Positions 18,998 through 28,048 of a DNA stretch of 64,000 nt are shown here, piece after piece. Made by a program: the position numbers and the translations under genes. The notes beneath the pieces were generated by a model, which ran no database searches, was not told the DNA's origin, and saw nothing but the letters and a program-made list of their open reading frames with translations. The DNA lies in contig OY761158.1 of NCBI GenBank assembly GCA_963664405.1, positions 6,496,001 to 6,560,000 of the forward strand. Direction: 5' to 3'. How positions within the stretch are numbered: the stretch's first letter is position 1; every line of letters begins with the position of its first letter. The DNA is from Thermoanaerobaculia bacterium (GTDB taxonomy: Bacteria > Acidobacteriota > Thermoanaerobaculia > Multivoradales > Multivoraceae).

Positions 18998-20377
18998 TCA
19001 GCTGCCGTACGTCGCGGCATCGAGCTCGAAAGCCAGGCCTCGCAATGACTCGATACAAGCCCGGCGCTTAGCGTTTTCTGCCGCTACTTGGCGGAAGAGC
19101 CGGAGAGAGGCTCGATCGTCGAGCGCGGACGTATCGCGGTCCAGATGTTCAGACAAAAGCTCGCAGCGCAGAGCTTTCACTGTGGGGCCGTGCCAGAAAC
19201 TGGCGTTGAGCTCGACGTCACCGTAGAACGAACGATTGGCGATGTTGGTCGAACCGATCGTTGCCCACACGTCGTCAATGAGAGCGATCTTGGCGTGCAC
19301 GTGGATGTCCTGGTAGCCGCGGTCGGGCCGGTTGGACGCGATACCCGCGAGGGTAAAACGGGGCGATGAGCCCAGGGTCGCGAGCGCCTCGAAGAACGGC
19401 CGCGACTTGGGATCCTGCCGGGTTCTCGACATGTCGGCCATCTTCACGGGCACCAGACAGACGACGTCGATCCCGCGATCACAGGCCACCTGCAGGCGTT
19501 CGATTACCTGCGGCGCTCCGATAGCCTGATCTTCGATGTAGATTGTGGAGCGTGCTGCGTCGATGGCGCTCAGGTACTGCTCGAGAGTGCTGTACTCGCC
19601 CGCACCGATCGCGAAACACTCGCCGCCGGGCGTTGCCGTGGAGTCACTGTAGTGACCCGCACGCACAGTGCGCTGAATCTGTACCGTCGCCTCGCCGACC
19701 TCGGAACTCAGCGCTTGGGGATGGGCCAGCTTGGCGTGACCTACTGCCGATGGCCAGACGCCGTCGTCGAGAGTTCTCTCGCTGGCTTCGTTCCACCGCT
19801 GCACGAAGTTGTGGTGAACATCCGTGGCCGATGGTCCGACGATCTCGACGTACACGTCATGGGTACTGCCGACCACCTCCCGGGGGCTGTGACCCGGCGA
19901 GACCACCGAGTTGGGGTGCAGATTGATGCCACCAACAAAGGCCACTTCGTGCTCTTTCCCGGCGTCGATCATCCAGCTCTTCTGGTGTTGGCAGTACCGT
20001 TTCTGGGCTCTGTCCCATACCGCCTGGAATCGCGAGCCACGCTCCGCCAGCCAGGCGCGCTGCTCCGAGGTGCCAGGGAAGTGCGACTCCGGGTGCGTTG
20101 TATCCGGATCGGAGCGCCAGAAGATGGCTCGTACGTCGAGGCCGCGGTCAACGGCCGCGTCCAGCACGTCGAAGAAAGTGCCGCGACCGTCTGGCATCTG
20201 CATGTTGCGTTTGATGAAGCTAACGGTCACCCAAACACTGTGACGCGCCGCCTCAGCGGCCTCACAGATACGGCGGAAGGCGGGCTCGCCGTCGACCATG
20301 GGATGTACGGCGTTACCGACGCGCGCCGGGTACGAGCCGGAGGTCGAGAAGGGAATGTGCTGGCCGTGGCGCTGCAT
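18998..20377 (-). CDS. phospholipase D / cardiolipin synthase-like protein; start approximate
   Basis: Two HKD motifs: HQKSWMID...GGIN and HAKIALID...GSTN. Confidence 0.88.
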   Translation of the reverse strand: MQRHGQHIPFSTSGSYPARVGNAVHPMVDGEPAFRRICEAAEAARHSVWVTVSFIKRNMQMPDGRGTFFDVLDAAVDRGLDVRAIFWRSDPDTTHPESHFPGTSEQRAWLAERGSRFQAVWDRAQKRYCQHQKSWMIDAGKEHEVAFVGGINLHPNSVVSPGHSPREVVGSTHDVYVEIVGPSATDVHHNFVQRWNEASERTLDDGVWPSAVGHAKLAHPQALSSEVGEATVQIQRTVRAGHYSDSTATPGGECFAIGAGEYSTLEQYLSAIDAARSTIYIEDQAIGAPQVIERLQVACDRGIDVVCLVPVKMADMSRTRQDPKSRPFFEALATLGSSPRFTLAGIASNRPDRGYQDIHVHAKIALIDDVWATIGSTNIANRSFYGDVELNASFWHGPTVKALRCELLSEHLDRDTSALDDRASLRLFRQVAAENAKRRACIESLRGLAFELDAATYGS

Positions 20378-20618
20378 GACGAGCGGCTTGACTACAAGCA
20401 ACTCTCACTATATTACGCTCTCTGACAGCCAGCCCTCGTTCGCGATAGGAGGCTTAGAAGCCGCTAGACCAGTGTCACCTTCCGCCTGAAAGTGTGCAGT
20501 GGCCAGCTCTCCCTATTGAGGCAGCGGCGCAACCGCCGAAGGTTGTCAACAGAAGGAAAGTGCAAGACATGCACCTTCCACAGCGAACTGTGCAAGCAGA
20601 CTTCTGGCTTGCGGGTGT

Positions 20619-20711
20619 CGTCGCGATGCACCCGGAACTGCGACACCGCACCGATTTCGGGGTCTATCGACTTTCAGCTATGCGTGTCGTGGTCCGCCCC
20701 AAACTACGACA
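20619..20711 (+). repeat. paired cassette-boundary site (boxes 20619-20645 and 20685-20711)
   Basis: CGTCGCGATGCACCCGGAACTGCGACA ... GCTATGCG TGTCGTGGTCCGCCCCAAACTACGACA. Confidence 0.85.
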
Positions 20712-20724
20712 GACCTGGGCGGAT

Positions 20725-21486
20725 TCAAATCCCGTTGGGGACGCCACTCCCTAGCGCGATGCGACCAGACGCTGCGCTGCGGTCTTCCCTCGAACCGGAG
20801 TCATCGGTGCGGGAGTACACGATGGCGTTGCCGTCTTTACCCACCATTTCGATGACCCCGACACGGCGCAGGCAGTAAGTCATCTGCTGCGCTAGACGGC
20901 GCCGCCGTCGGAGCGCCTCGGCGAGGTCGACAGTGGTGAACTCCCGCGGCACCTCGCTTGGCAGAAAGGAGGCCAAGGCCTCCGGTGAGTCGATGATGAG
21001 CCGATCGACGACCTCGAGCAGCCGACGCTCCTCGACCACCCAGCCCCTGCGTCGCCATCCTTTGTCGCCGTCGAAGCGGCGCACTTCTTCCTCGCGGATG
21101 AGCAGCACTTCGAGGGTCAAGTCGGCATGAGCGATGAGCCCCGGGAAGCTCACCAGCTCCCCGAAGAGGTCGACTGCAGCGCCTCGCTTGGGTGATTTCC
21201 GGCGGGAGGTCACTTCCCCCGACTCGTCGAGCTTCAGGATCCACTTCTCCACAGCGATCGGATGCACCACGCGTACGGCATGCCCATCGAGAAGCTTAGC
21301 CAGCTTGCGCTTCATCGATGAGAACCCGCGGGTCTGGATCTCGATGAGCAGACCGTTTCGGACGAGGTCGATCACGAACCCGTCGACGGGCTCTTCGACG
21401 CGATCATCGTCTTCGGCATACCAGCGTTTGAGTGCCGCATGCAGCGGCTTCTCGCCAAGCGTTCCCACATGCGTTCGAGCGGTCAT
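20725..21486 (-). CDS. conserved hypothetical protein, PD-(D/E)xK nuclease-like
   Basis: EKPLHAALK...FVIDL...IEIQT pattern, with a C-terminal wHTH-like segment. Confidence 0.65.
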   Translation of the reverse strand: MTARTHVGTLGEKPLHAALKRWYAEDDDRVEEPVDGFVIDLVRNGLLIEIQTRGFSSMKRKLAKLLDGHAVRVVHPIAVEKWILKLDESGEVTSRRKSPKRGAAVDLFGELVSFPGLIAHADLTLEVLLIREEEVRRFDGDKGWRRRGWVVEERRLLEVVDRLIIDSPEALASFLPSEVPREFTTVDLAEALRRRRRLAQQMTYCLRRVGVIEMVGKDGNAIVYSRTDDSGSREDRSAASGRIALGSGVPNGI

Positions 21487-21517
21487 CTGCGGCGACGCTA
21501 TCAAGGCGCCGCTCGGC

Positions 21518-21544
21518 TGTCGTCTTCCGCCGAAAAAGACGACA
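21518..21544 (+). repeat. single CGCC-type cassette-boundary site
   Basis: TGTCGTCTTCCGCCGAAAAAGACGACA, 3 bp from the kinase stop codon. Confidence 0.8.
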
Positions 21545-21547
21545 CGA

Positions 21548-24226
21548 TCAGTCGGTAGGGACCAACCGCTCCAGCTCCTCGAACCAGTTCTGGACCAGGA
21601 CGACGTGATTGGGTGCTCCCCCCTCGGTCGTCTCCACCGGTTTGACCATCAGGAACTTCTGAGCGTCAGGGGCGACGTCGTACATGCGGCCGATGGTGAC
21701 GGAATAGCTCCCGGTGAAGAGCACCTCCGGGCTTCCAGCCTCGAACGCGGGCTCGGTCCTCACTGGTACTGCCATCAGGCTGTCTCCGGATCGATAGAAG
21801 AGTTCGCTGCCGTCCGGTGACCACAACGGTTCGGTGCCGCCTCTCGCCGAGATCGGGATACGACCGCTGTCAACGTCAGGGAACGGCCTCACGTAGATCC
21901 GGTCCTCGCCCGATTCGTCCGACTGGTAGGTCAACCACCGACCATCGGGTGAGATCTCTCCATTCCGCTCACCGAACTCCGAGGCCAGAAGCGGTTCTGG
22001 CGGTTCCTCGCCTTCCAGCGACAGCACCCCCAGATCGCTCGCCGTCGTGCCGACGCGATAGATGAGAAGCTTGCCGTCGGGGGAGATCGACGATGGAAAT
22101 AGATTCTCTGCGGTCTCCGTGAGCTGCATCACCTCGCCCGTACCATCAGCCGCCCTCTGGTAGACGTCGAAGGTCCCGCCACGAACCGAGCTGTACACCA
22201 CTTCGCGGCTGTCAGGAGTCCAGATCGAATGCATGTCCATTCCCGGATCGCGGGTCAACCGGTCCAGGGTCTCCCGACCGAGATCCCAGATCCACACATC
22301 CTGTTCTTCATCAAGAGAAGAGACTGCTACCCGCCGTCCGTCCGGAGAAATGCGCGGATGGGCATAGGACCGAAATGGGGCCAAGAGGGCCTCCTCCCCT
22401 CCATCCCGTCCCACCCAGACCAGGGCCGTCTGCACCCCTCCCCCTGCGCCACCCGTGACGTACACCAAGGATCCGTCCTGCGAGAAGTCGAAGTTCACAG
22501 CACCTGTGGGCATCGTGCCGACGCCTTTCAAGACGGGCACCGGATTTCCCCGGACCTCAAGACTTCCTGCATCGAAGGCCACCGCACGTAACGTGCCGCT
22601 CACCCCATAGACCAGGTGCCCAGTGGGCACGTACCGGGCGCCGGCCCCTTCAGAGAACAGGACCTTCCGCTCCCCGGTAGTGAGAGATTGGGCCACGATC
22701 TGCGTTTGCTCGACGTTCGCGCTCGTGAAGACCGTGAAAAGGACGGCCTCGCCGCCAGGCAGCATCTCGGGAAAACGATAGGCAGTCTCACCCCTCTCGC
22801 GATCTGGCGCTACCAGCAGCTCCAGCTCGCCGCCTCCCCCCGACACCCGATAGAGACCCCCGGTTGCGGAGCCGAAGACAATGGTGTCGTCCGCCCCCCA
22901 GTTTGCACCGGTGAGAAGGTCGGGTAGCTCGCACAACGTCACGGTTGGTCCGCCGAGAATGGAGACCTTCTTGAGAGTCCCGCCGGATCGGAAGCCGACC
23001 CAGGCCCCGTCGGGCGACAGGAAGGGAGCAGTCGCGCCCTCCGTACCTGCGAGCTGGGACCCGACGAGGCGATCCACTCGGCGAACATAGAGAGAGCCTT
23101 CGCTGAGGTAGACGACCACCCGACCGTCGGGTGTCATCGCCAGATCGCGACCGGGGAAGGTACCCCCCACCGGCACACTGGGAGCGGCGCTCAGCACCGA
23201 GCGAACCACAGGGCGCTCGGGTGGCGCGGGTGCGGGCTTCAGGGTCCACACGGTGATCCCCGCGATTACCGCACCGGCAGCCAGCATAGCGAGGCCCGAA
23301 GGTACGGGGCTGCGCTTCTCCGCCACGACCGCGCCGGGCGTGGGCTCACGGTCCTGCGGAGCCACGATGGCTTCTTCGATCTCGATGCGGGCGTCACCGA
23401 TATCGCGCAGCCGCTGTCTTGGGTCCTTGCTGAGACACCGCCGCAACAGTTCTCGGAGCTTTCGGGGCGTAGCGTCGGGGAGCCGTTCCCAATATGGGTC
23501 GGACTTGAGCACCGACGCCAGGGTGATGGAGGCGTCCTCGCCCTCGAAGACTCGCTTGCCGCTCAGCGCCTCGAACAGACAGACCCCGAAAGCCCATACA
23601 TCGGCGCGCTTATCGACGGTCTTTCCTCGCGCCTGCTCGGGAGCCATGTAGGCGGCAGTGCCGAGAATCTGGCCGCGTTGGGTCGCGGCGAGTGTGAGCG
23701 TCGGAGACTCAGACAAGCCGCCGTCTCCGCTCCCACTAGCTTCCACAGCCATCGCCTTGGCCAGACCGAAATCGAGGATCTTGACCGCACCGTCTTCCGA
23801 CACTTTGATGTTCGCAGGCTTCAAATCCCGGTGGATGACCCCTTTCTCGTGGGCTGCCTCCAGGCCCTCCGCGATTTGCAAGAAAACGGGTAATGCCTCA
23901 TCGACAGGGATTGCACCTCTCTTGATGCGATCAGCCAGGGTCTCGCCTTCCACCAGCTCCATGACCAGGAAGCTGGTGTCGCCTTCCCGCTCGAAGGCAT
24001 GGAGGCTGGCGATGTTCTTGTGGTTGAGCGACGCCAGCACCCGCGCCTCACGCTCGAAGCGCGCCAGCCGCTCGGCGTTCTGCGATACCTCCTCAAGGAG
24101 CAGCTTGATCGCCACTTCCCGCCCGAGCTTGGTGTCGCGGGCTCGGTAGACCTCTCCCATGCCCCCCGCGCCTAGCGAGGAGACCACTTCGTAGTGGCTA
24201 AGGCGAGTGCCAGCTTCTAGAGCCAT
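21548..24226 (-). CDS. Ser/Thr kinase-TM-TolB/PD40 beta-propeller protein
   Basis: Complete Hanks motifs, one TM helix, repeated SPDG blades. Confidence 0.93.
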   Translation of the reverse strand: MALEAGTRLSHYEVVSSLGAGGMGEVYRARDTKLGREVAIKLLLEEVSQNAERLARFEREARVLASLNHKNIASLHAFEREGDTSFLVMELVEGETLADRIKRGAIPVDEALPVFLQIAEGLEAAHEKGVIHRDLKPANIKVSEDGAVKILDFGLAKAMAVEASGSGDGGLSESPTLTLAATQRGQILGTAAYMAPEQARGKTVDKRADVWAFGVCLFEALSGKRVFEGEDASITLASVLKSDPYWERLPDATPRKLRELLRRCLSKDPRQRLRDIGDARIEIEEAIVAPQDREPTPGAVVAEKRSPVPSGLAMLAAGAVIAGITVWTLKPAPAPPERPVVRSVLSAAPSVPVGGTFPGRDLAMTPDGRVVVYLSEGSLYVRRVDRLVGSQLAGTEGATAPFLSPDGAWVGFRSGGTLKKVSILGGPTVTLCELPDLLTGANWGADDTIVFGSATGGLYRVSGGGGELELLVAPDRERGETAYRFPEMLPGGEAVLFTVFTSANVEQTQIVAQSLTTGERKVLFSEGAGARYVPTGHLVYGVSGTLRAVAFDAGSLEVRGNPVPVLKGVGTMPTGAVNFDFSQDGSLVYVTGGAGGGVQTALVWVGRDGGEEALLAPFRSYAHPRISPDGRRVAVSSLDEEQDVWIWDLGRETLDRLTRDPGMDMHSIWTPDSREVVYSSVRGGTFDVYQRAADGTGEVMQLTETAENLFPSSISPDGKLLIYRVGTTASDLGVLSLEGEEPPEPLLASEFGERNGEISPDGRWLTYQSDESGEDRIYVRPFPDVDSGRIPISARGGTEPLWSPDGSELFYRSGDSLMAVPVRTEPAFEAGSPEVLFTGSYSVTIGRMYDVAPDAQKFLMVKPVETTEGGAPNHVVLVQNWFEELERLVPTD

Positions 24227-24285
24227 GACTTGGCGACATCTTACCGGTCGCCCGTGGTATCAGCGGCTCGGAGCTCGATCTGTGC

Positions 24286-24378
24286 TGTCGCAGAGCACCG
24301 AATTTCACGACAACACCTCTGCTCGAAGGCTTATCTGCTTCCGGCTATGCGTGTCGCAGACCGCCACAATTCGCGACA
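24286..24378 (+). repeat. paired cassette-boundary site (boxes 24286-24312 and 24352-24378)
   Basis: TGTCGCAGAGCACCGAATTTCACGACA ... GCTATGCG TGTCGCAGACCGCCACAATTCGCGACA. Confidence 0.85.
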
Positions 24379-24388
24379 CGCCTTCGCC

Positions 24389-27058
24389 TCACGAGCCCCC
24401 CTCGGAGAACATCTCGAGCACCTTGGCCCGCCAGTTCTGGACCAAGACTAGACGCTCCTCCTCGTCCTCTTCTACCGCCTGGATCATGAGGAAGCGACCG
24501 TCGGGGTGGACGGCGTAGTTCTGGTAGCGTCCGGGCACGCGCAGGTAATCATCCTCGAAGAGTGGCTCGGGACGCCGGGTGACGAAGCGCTCGCCGTCGA
24601 TCTCGATCGGGAGCGTCATCATGTGGGTCGGGCTGCGGTAGAGGATCTCGCTGCCTTCGGGGGAGAAGCTCGCCTCCTGGCCGCCGTCGAAGGTGAGCTG
24701 GCGCGGCTCGCCGGGACCGGGGAAGGGCCGAATCCAGACGTTCTCCTCGCTCTGAACGACCACCGAGTAAGCGATCCAACGTCCGGTGGGGTGGAAGCGG
24801 GCGGCGCGGACCCGGTTCCCCTCGAGGAGGGTCTCGGACTCCCCGCTCTCCCGGTCGAAGACCCAGAGTCCGGGGAAATCGAAGTTCGTGTAGAGCATGT
24901 AGCGCCCGTTCGGGGAGAAGTCGAGAACGGACTGGGCGTGCTCCGACGGCACGAGACGCTCCGCCGGGGCACTGCGATCGGCGGGCTGGATGTAGAGCTG
25001 ATAGCGCCCCTCGAAGCGATCCGACATGAAGACGATCTCCTGGCCGTCGGGCGGCACCCACCTCGCGCCAAGGTTGCGATTCCCCTCCTGGGTCGGGCGG
25101 GTCCAGGAGCCGGTCTCGAGGTCGAGCATCCACTGCTCGTAGTTCCCCTTGGCGTCGCGGGCGCTGACCGAGATCCGGAGCCAGTCCAGGGAGTGTCGCG
25201 GCGACAGGAAAGGCTTGCGCTCCGGCGCCACCTCCTCGATGTCCAGGCCGTCCCGACTCACCCAAACCAGCCGGGACACGCTCCGACTCCCGAGAACGTA
25301 GAGCAGGTCGCCCGAATCTGCGAGCGCGAAGCGGCCGACATCGACGTTAGAGCGGAGGCGCGGGGCCACCCCGGTCTCGACCTGACGCGCTGGGCCGAGG
25401 AGGTCGGCGGTCTCGGGATCGATCGGCGCCGCCCACAGTCCACCCCCGCGATAGAAGACCAAAACCCCCGGATCGAGATAGAGCGGCTGCGCCCCAGGGA
25501 GGAGAACCCGTTCCTGGCCAGTCTCGAGGTCCACCGCCCGCACCTCGCTCCAGAAGCCGTCCTGACGCTCGGATCTCAAGTGGGCCAGGGCGATCCGTTC
25601 ACCAGGCAGAAGCGCTCCCCCGTAGCCATGCCCCACCTGCTCGGGGACGCCCCCACCCGCCGGAATCCGCCATAGCTCGCGAGACGTGCCGCTGCCTGTC
25701 TCAGGCGTGTAGTAGAGGAAGCCATCGCGCCCCCAGACACCGGCGCTGCGGATCCCGTCCACCAGAACGCTGGCGCCTCCACCCTCCACGGGAAGCGTCT
25801 TCAGACTGCCCCCCGCGTCCCTGAAGGCAAGCTGCTGGCCGTCGGGCGAGAAGGTCATGGAGCGGGTGGCACCGTCGCTACCGGAGATGCGCTCGGCGAC
25901 CAGGGAGTCGAGAGAGCGTCGGTAGAGGCTGGTCTCGGCTCCCTCGCGACGACTGAAGACCACTAGCCGACCGTCCGGAGAGAGCACGACGGGCTGATCC
26001 GGAGCTGCCTCGAGATCGAGAGCCGTGACCGTCCAGGTGTCATCCGAGGCAGCGTCGCTCGCCGCATCGCCTCCATCTCGGAACAGGCCGAAGCCCAAGA
26101 CAAGACCGATCACCACAGCGAGGGCGAGGGCGAGGACAACCGACACTCGCCGCCGGGCTGGTGCCGCCTCGCCACCGGCTGGCGCGTCGATGTCCGGCTG
26201 CTCGAGCACTCCTCGGATCTCGATCCGAACGTCGGCGATGTCGTGAAGGCGCTCCCGCGGGTCCTTCGTCAAACACCGTCGGAGCAGTCTCCTGATCGCT
26301 CTCGGCGTCGCCGGGGGGAGCTTGCCCCAGTCGATCTCCGCTCTGAGCACCGCTGCCAGCGTGTCGGCGGCATCGTCGCCGTGGAACGCCCTCGATCCCG
26401 TCAGCGCCTCGTAGAGACACACGCCGAAGGCCCAGACGTCGGCCCTTCTATCGACCTCTTTCCCCTTGGCTTGTTCGGGCGACATGTAGGCCGCCGTGCC
26501 GAGGATCTGGCCCCGGAGCGTGGCCGCCTGGGTCAGCGTGGGCGACTCCGAAGGGTCGCTCTCCGGGCCCGTTGCCGGAGCCATTGCCTTGGCCAGACCG
26601 AAGTCAAGAATCTTGACGTTGCCGTCGTCGGTGACCTTGATGTTCGCGGGTTTGAGATCCCGGTGGATCACTCCCTTCTCGTGCGCTGCCTCAAGCCCCT
26701 CGGCGATTTGGAGAAACAGAGGGATCGCCTCCTCGACGGGAATCGGGCCGTGAGCGATCCGATCGGCCAGAGTCTCGCCCTCGACCAGCTCCATGACCAG
26801 GAAGCCCGTGTCACCTTCCCGCTCGAAGGCGTGGAGGCTGGCGATGTTCTTGTGGTTGAGCGAGGCGAGAACTCGCGCCTCGCGCTCGAAGCGAGCTAGA
26901 CGCTCAGGATCTGTGGAGACCTCATCAAGCAGCAGTTTGACCGCTACCTCGCGACCGAGCTTCGTGTCCTTGGCTCGATACACTTCTCCCATGCCTCCTG
27001 CACCTAGCGAGGAGACCACTTCGTAGTGGCCGAGGCGAGTGCCAGCTTCTAGAGCCAT
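24389..27058 (-). CDS. Ser/Thr kinase-TM-TolB/PD40 beta-propeller protein
   Basis: Complete Hanks motifs, one TM helix, divergent propeller. Confidence 0.93.
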   Translation of the reverse strand: MALEAGTRLGHYEVVSSLGAGGMGEVYRAKDTKLGREVAVKLLLDEVSTDPERLARFEREARVLASLNHKNIASLHAFEREGDTGFLVMELVEGETLADRIAHGPIPVEEAIPLFLQIAEGLEAAHEKGVIHRDLKPANIKVTDDGNVKILDFGLAKAMAPATGPESDPSESPTLTQAATLRGQILGTAAYMSPEQAKGKEVDRRADVWAFGVCLYEALTGSRAFHGDDAADTLAAVLRAEIDWGKLPPATPRAIRRLLRRCLTKDPRERLHDIADVRIEIRGVLEQPDIDAPAGGEAAPARRRVSVVLALALAVVIGLVLGFGLFRDGGDAASDAASDDTWTVTALDLEAAPDQPVVLSPDGRLVVFSRREGAETSLYRRSLDSLVAERISGSDGATRSMTFSPDGQQLAFRDAGGSLKTLPVEGGGASVLVDGIRSAGVWGRDGFLYYTPETGSGTSRELWRIPAGGGVPEQVGHGYGGALLPGERIALAHLRSERQDGFWSEVRAVDLETGQERVLLPGAQPLYLDPGVLVFYRGGGLWAAPIDPETADLLGPARQVETGVAPRLRSNVDVGRFALADSGDLLYVLGSRSVSRLVWVSRDGLDIEEVAPERKPFLSPRHSLDWLRISVSARDAKGNYEQWMLDLETGSWTRPTQEGNRNLGARWVPPDGQEIVFMSDRFEGRYQLYIQPADRSAPAERLVPSEHAQSVLDFSPNGRYMLYTNFDFPGLWVFDRESGESETLLEGNRVRAARFHPTGRWIAYSVVVQSEENVWIRPFPGPGEPRQLTFDGGQEASFSPEGSEILYRSPTHMMTLPIEIDGERFVTRRPEPLFEDDYLRVPGRYQNYAVHPDGRFLMIQAVEEDEEERLVLVQNWRAKVLEMFSEGGS

Positions 27059-27118
27059 TGACTTGGCGACATCATACCCGTCGCCCGGGGGATCAGCGGC
27101 TCAGAGCTCGATTTGCGA

Positions 27119-27238
27119 TGTCGCACCTCACCCCGAAAGACGACACGCAGGCCCGCAAGTCCCCGTATTTGCTGGATTCTCTTGGTGCCCCAAGGGCGAA
27201 AGGCGACAGTTTGTCGCGATATGTGCGTGGGTGCGACA
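27119..27238 (+). repeat. terminal three-part site of the array
   Basis: CACC box 27119-27145; degenerate box ending in CGACA at 27208; full box 27212-27238. Confidence 0.75.
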
Positions 27239-27643
27239 CCTTACCTCTGAGCACGGTCGTCGTTTCGACATCTGCGGAAGCCCGCCCCAGGATGGCACCG
27301 ATCTGAAGCCGTTCGCTGATCCCCTACCCGACGAGCTACTCACCTCCTGCTCACCAGCTTCTAGAAGAGGGGAGGCGGCTGCCTCCCATTACAGACAAGA
27401 TCGCTGTCACGCCTACGCGCCGTGAAGGCTAGCCGCCCTCGTTATACAGGGTGCGCGGTGGTGGCGTTTGATGCAGCGCTCGCGCAAAACGGCGGCAGAG
27501 GAACTCCGGACAGGGGTAAGGTGGGGGGTCCCCCGCCGAGGCTCCCTGCCGCTCGGGGGGCCCGTGGAGGGAGGGTCCAGGCCCCTAAAAGACTGCGCTG
27601 GTCATCATACTCCTTCACCAGTGGTCTTGACCCGGCTGGGATG

Positions 27644-28006
27644 CTAGTCCGGATCCCGGATCGCACTCGAGAGCATGAAACGGACCTTGCCCCCGGCCTG
27701 TCGGTAATACGGTGCGATGGTGGCCCGGCGACCATCTTCGAGCTCCAGCTCCACTACCCGCGCCTTCACGGCGATGTCGAAAGCGGCGCCCTCATCGTCG
27801 AGGTCCAGGGTGCCTCGGCCCTCCATGCGCTGACGGGTTTCTATGGGGCCGCCGTCGCCGCCCGTCAGCGTTCGGACAAGCTGGACCTTCAGGTGATAGT
27901 GCGCGTCAACCGACCTGTCGTCGTAGTGGATGCGACCATAACCGTTGAGGTCTTCGAGCGTCTCGTTGCGGACCTGTCCTTTGCCGCGACGGCTGCGACG
28001 TGCCAT
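27644..28006 (-). CDS. hypothetical protein, paralog of 28714-29043
   Basis: Shares G.GR..Y...SV.AHY.LKV, EGRG.L, VELE.EDGRR and VRF.LSSA with the paralog. Confidence 0.7.
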   Translation of the reverse strand: MARRSRRGKGQVRNETLEDLNGYGRIHYDDRSVDAHYHLKVQLVRTLTGGDGGPIETRQRMEGRGTLDLDDEGAAFDIAVKARVVELELEDGRRATIAPYYRQAGGKVRFMLSSAIRDPD

Positions 28007-28022
28007 GAGGACTTCTGATCCT

Positions 28023-28048
28023 ACCTCAGCGCAGATCTGCGCTGAGGT
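28023..28048. promoter_or_regulatory. 26-bp perfect palindrome, putative operator
   Basis: ACCTCAGCGCAGATCTGCGCTGAGGT; related cores at 28661-28676 and 29060-29075. Confidence 0.5.

Noticed and set aside
16028-27058. Diversity-generating retroelement acting on the kinases
   Set aside because: No reverse transcriptase and no adenine-specific template/variable repeat pair was seen.
14264-27238. Classical integron attC sites or Xer dif sites
   Set aside because: No RYYYAAC/GTTRRRY ends, no long attC palindrome, no TTATGTTAAA-like XerD arm, and no intI in the window.
14264-27238. Boundary repeats as mere terminators or by-products of kinase duplication
   Set aside because: They lack U-tracts, keep an exact 27-bp length and core, and also flank non-kinase genes. 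A transcription-factor-site explanation is not fully excluded.
27470-27600. GC-rich stretch with GAGGAACTCCGG, superficially like RNase P RNA
   Set aside because: It does not match GAGGAAAGTCC, and the 3' conserved RNase P segment is absent; no supportable call.
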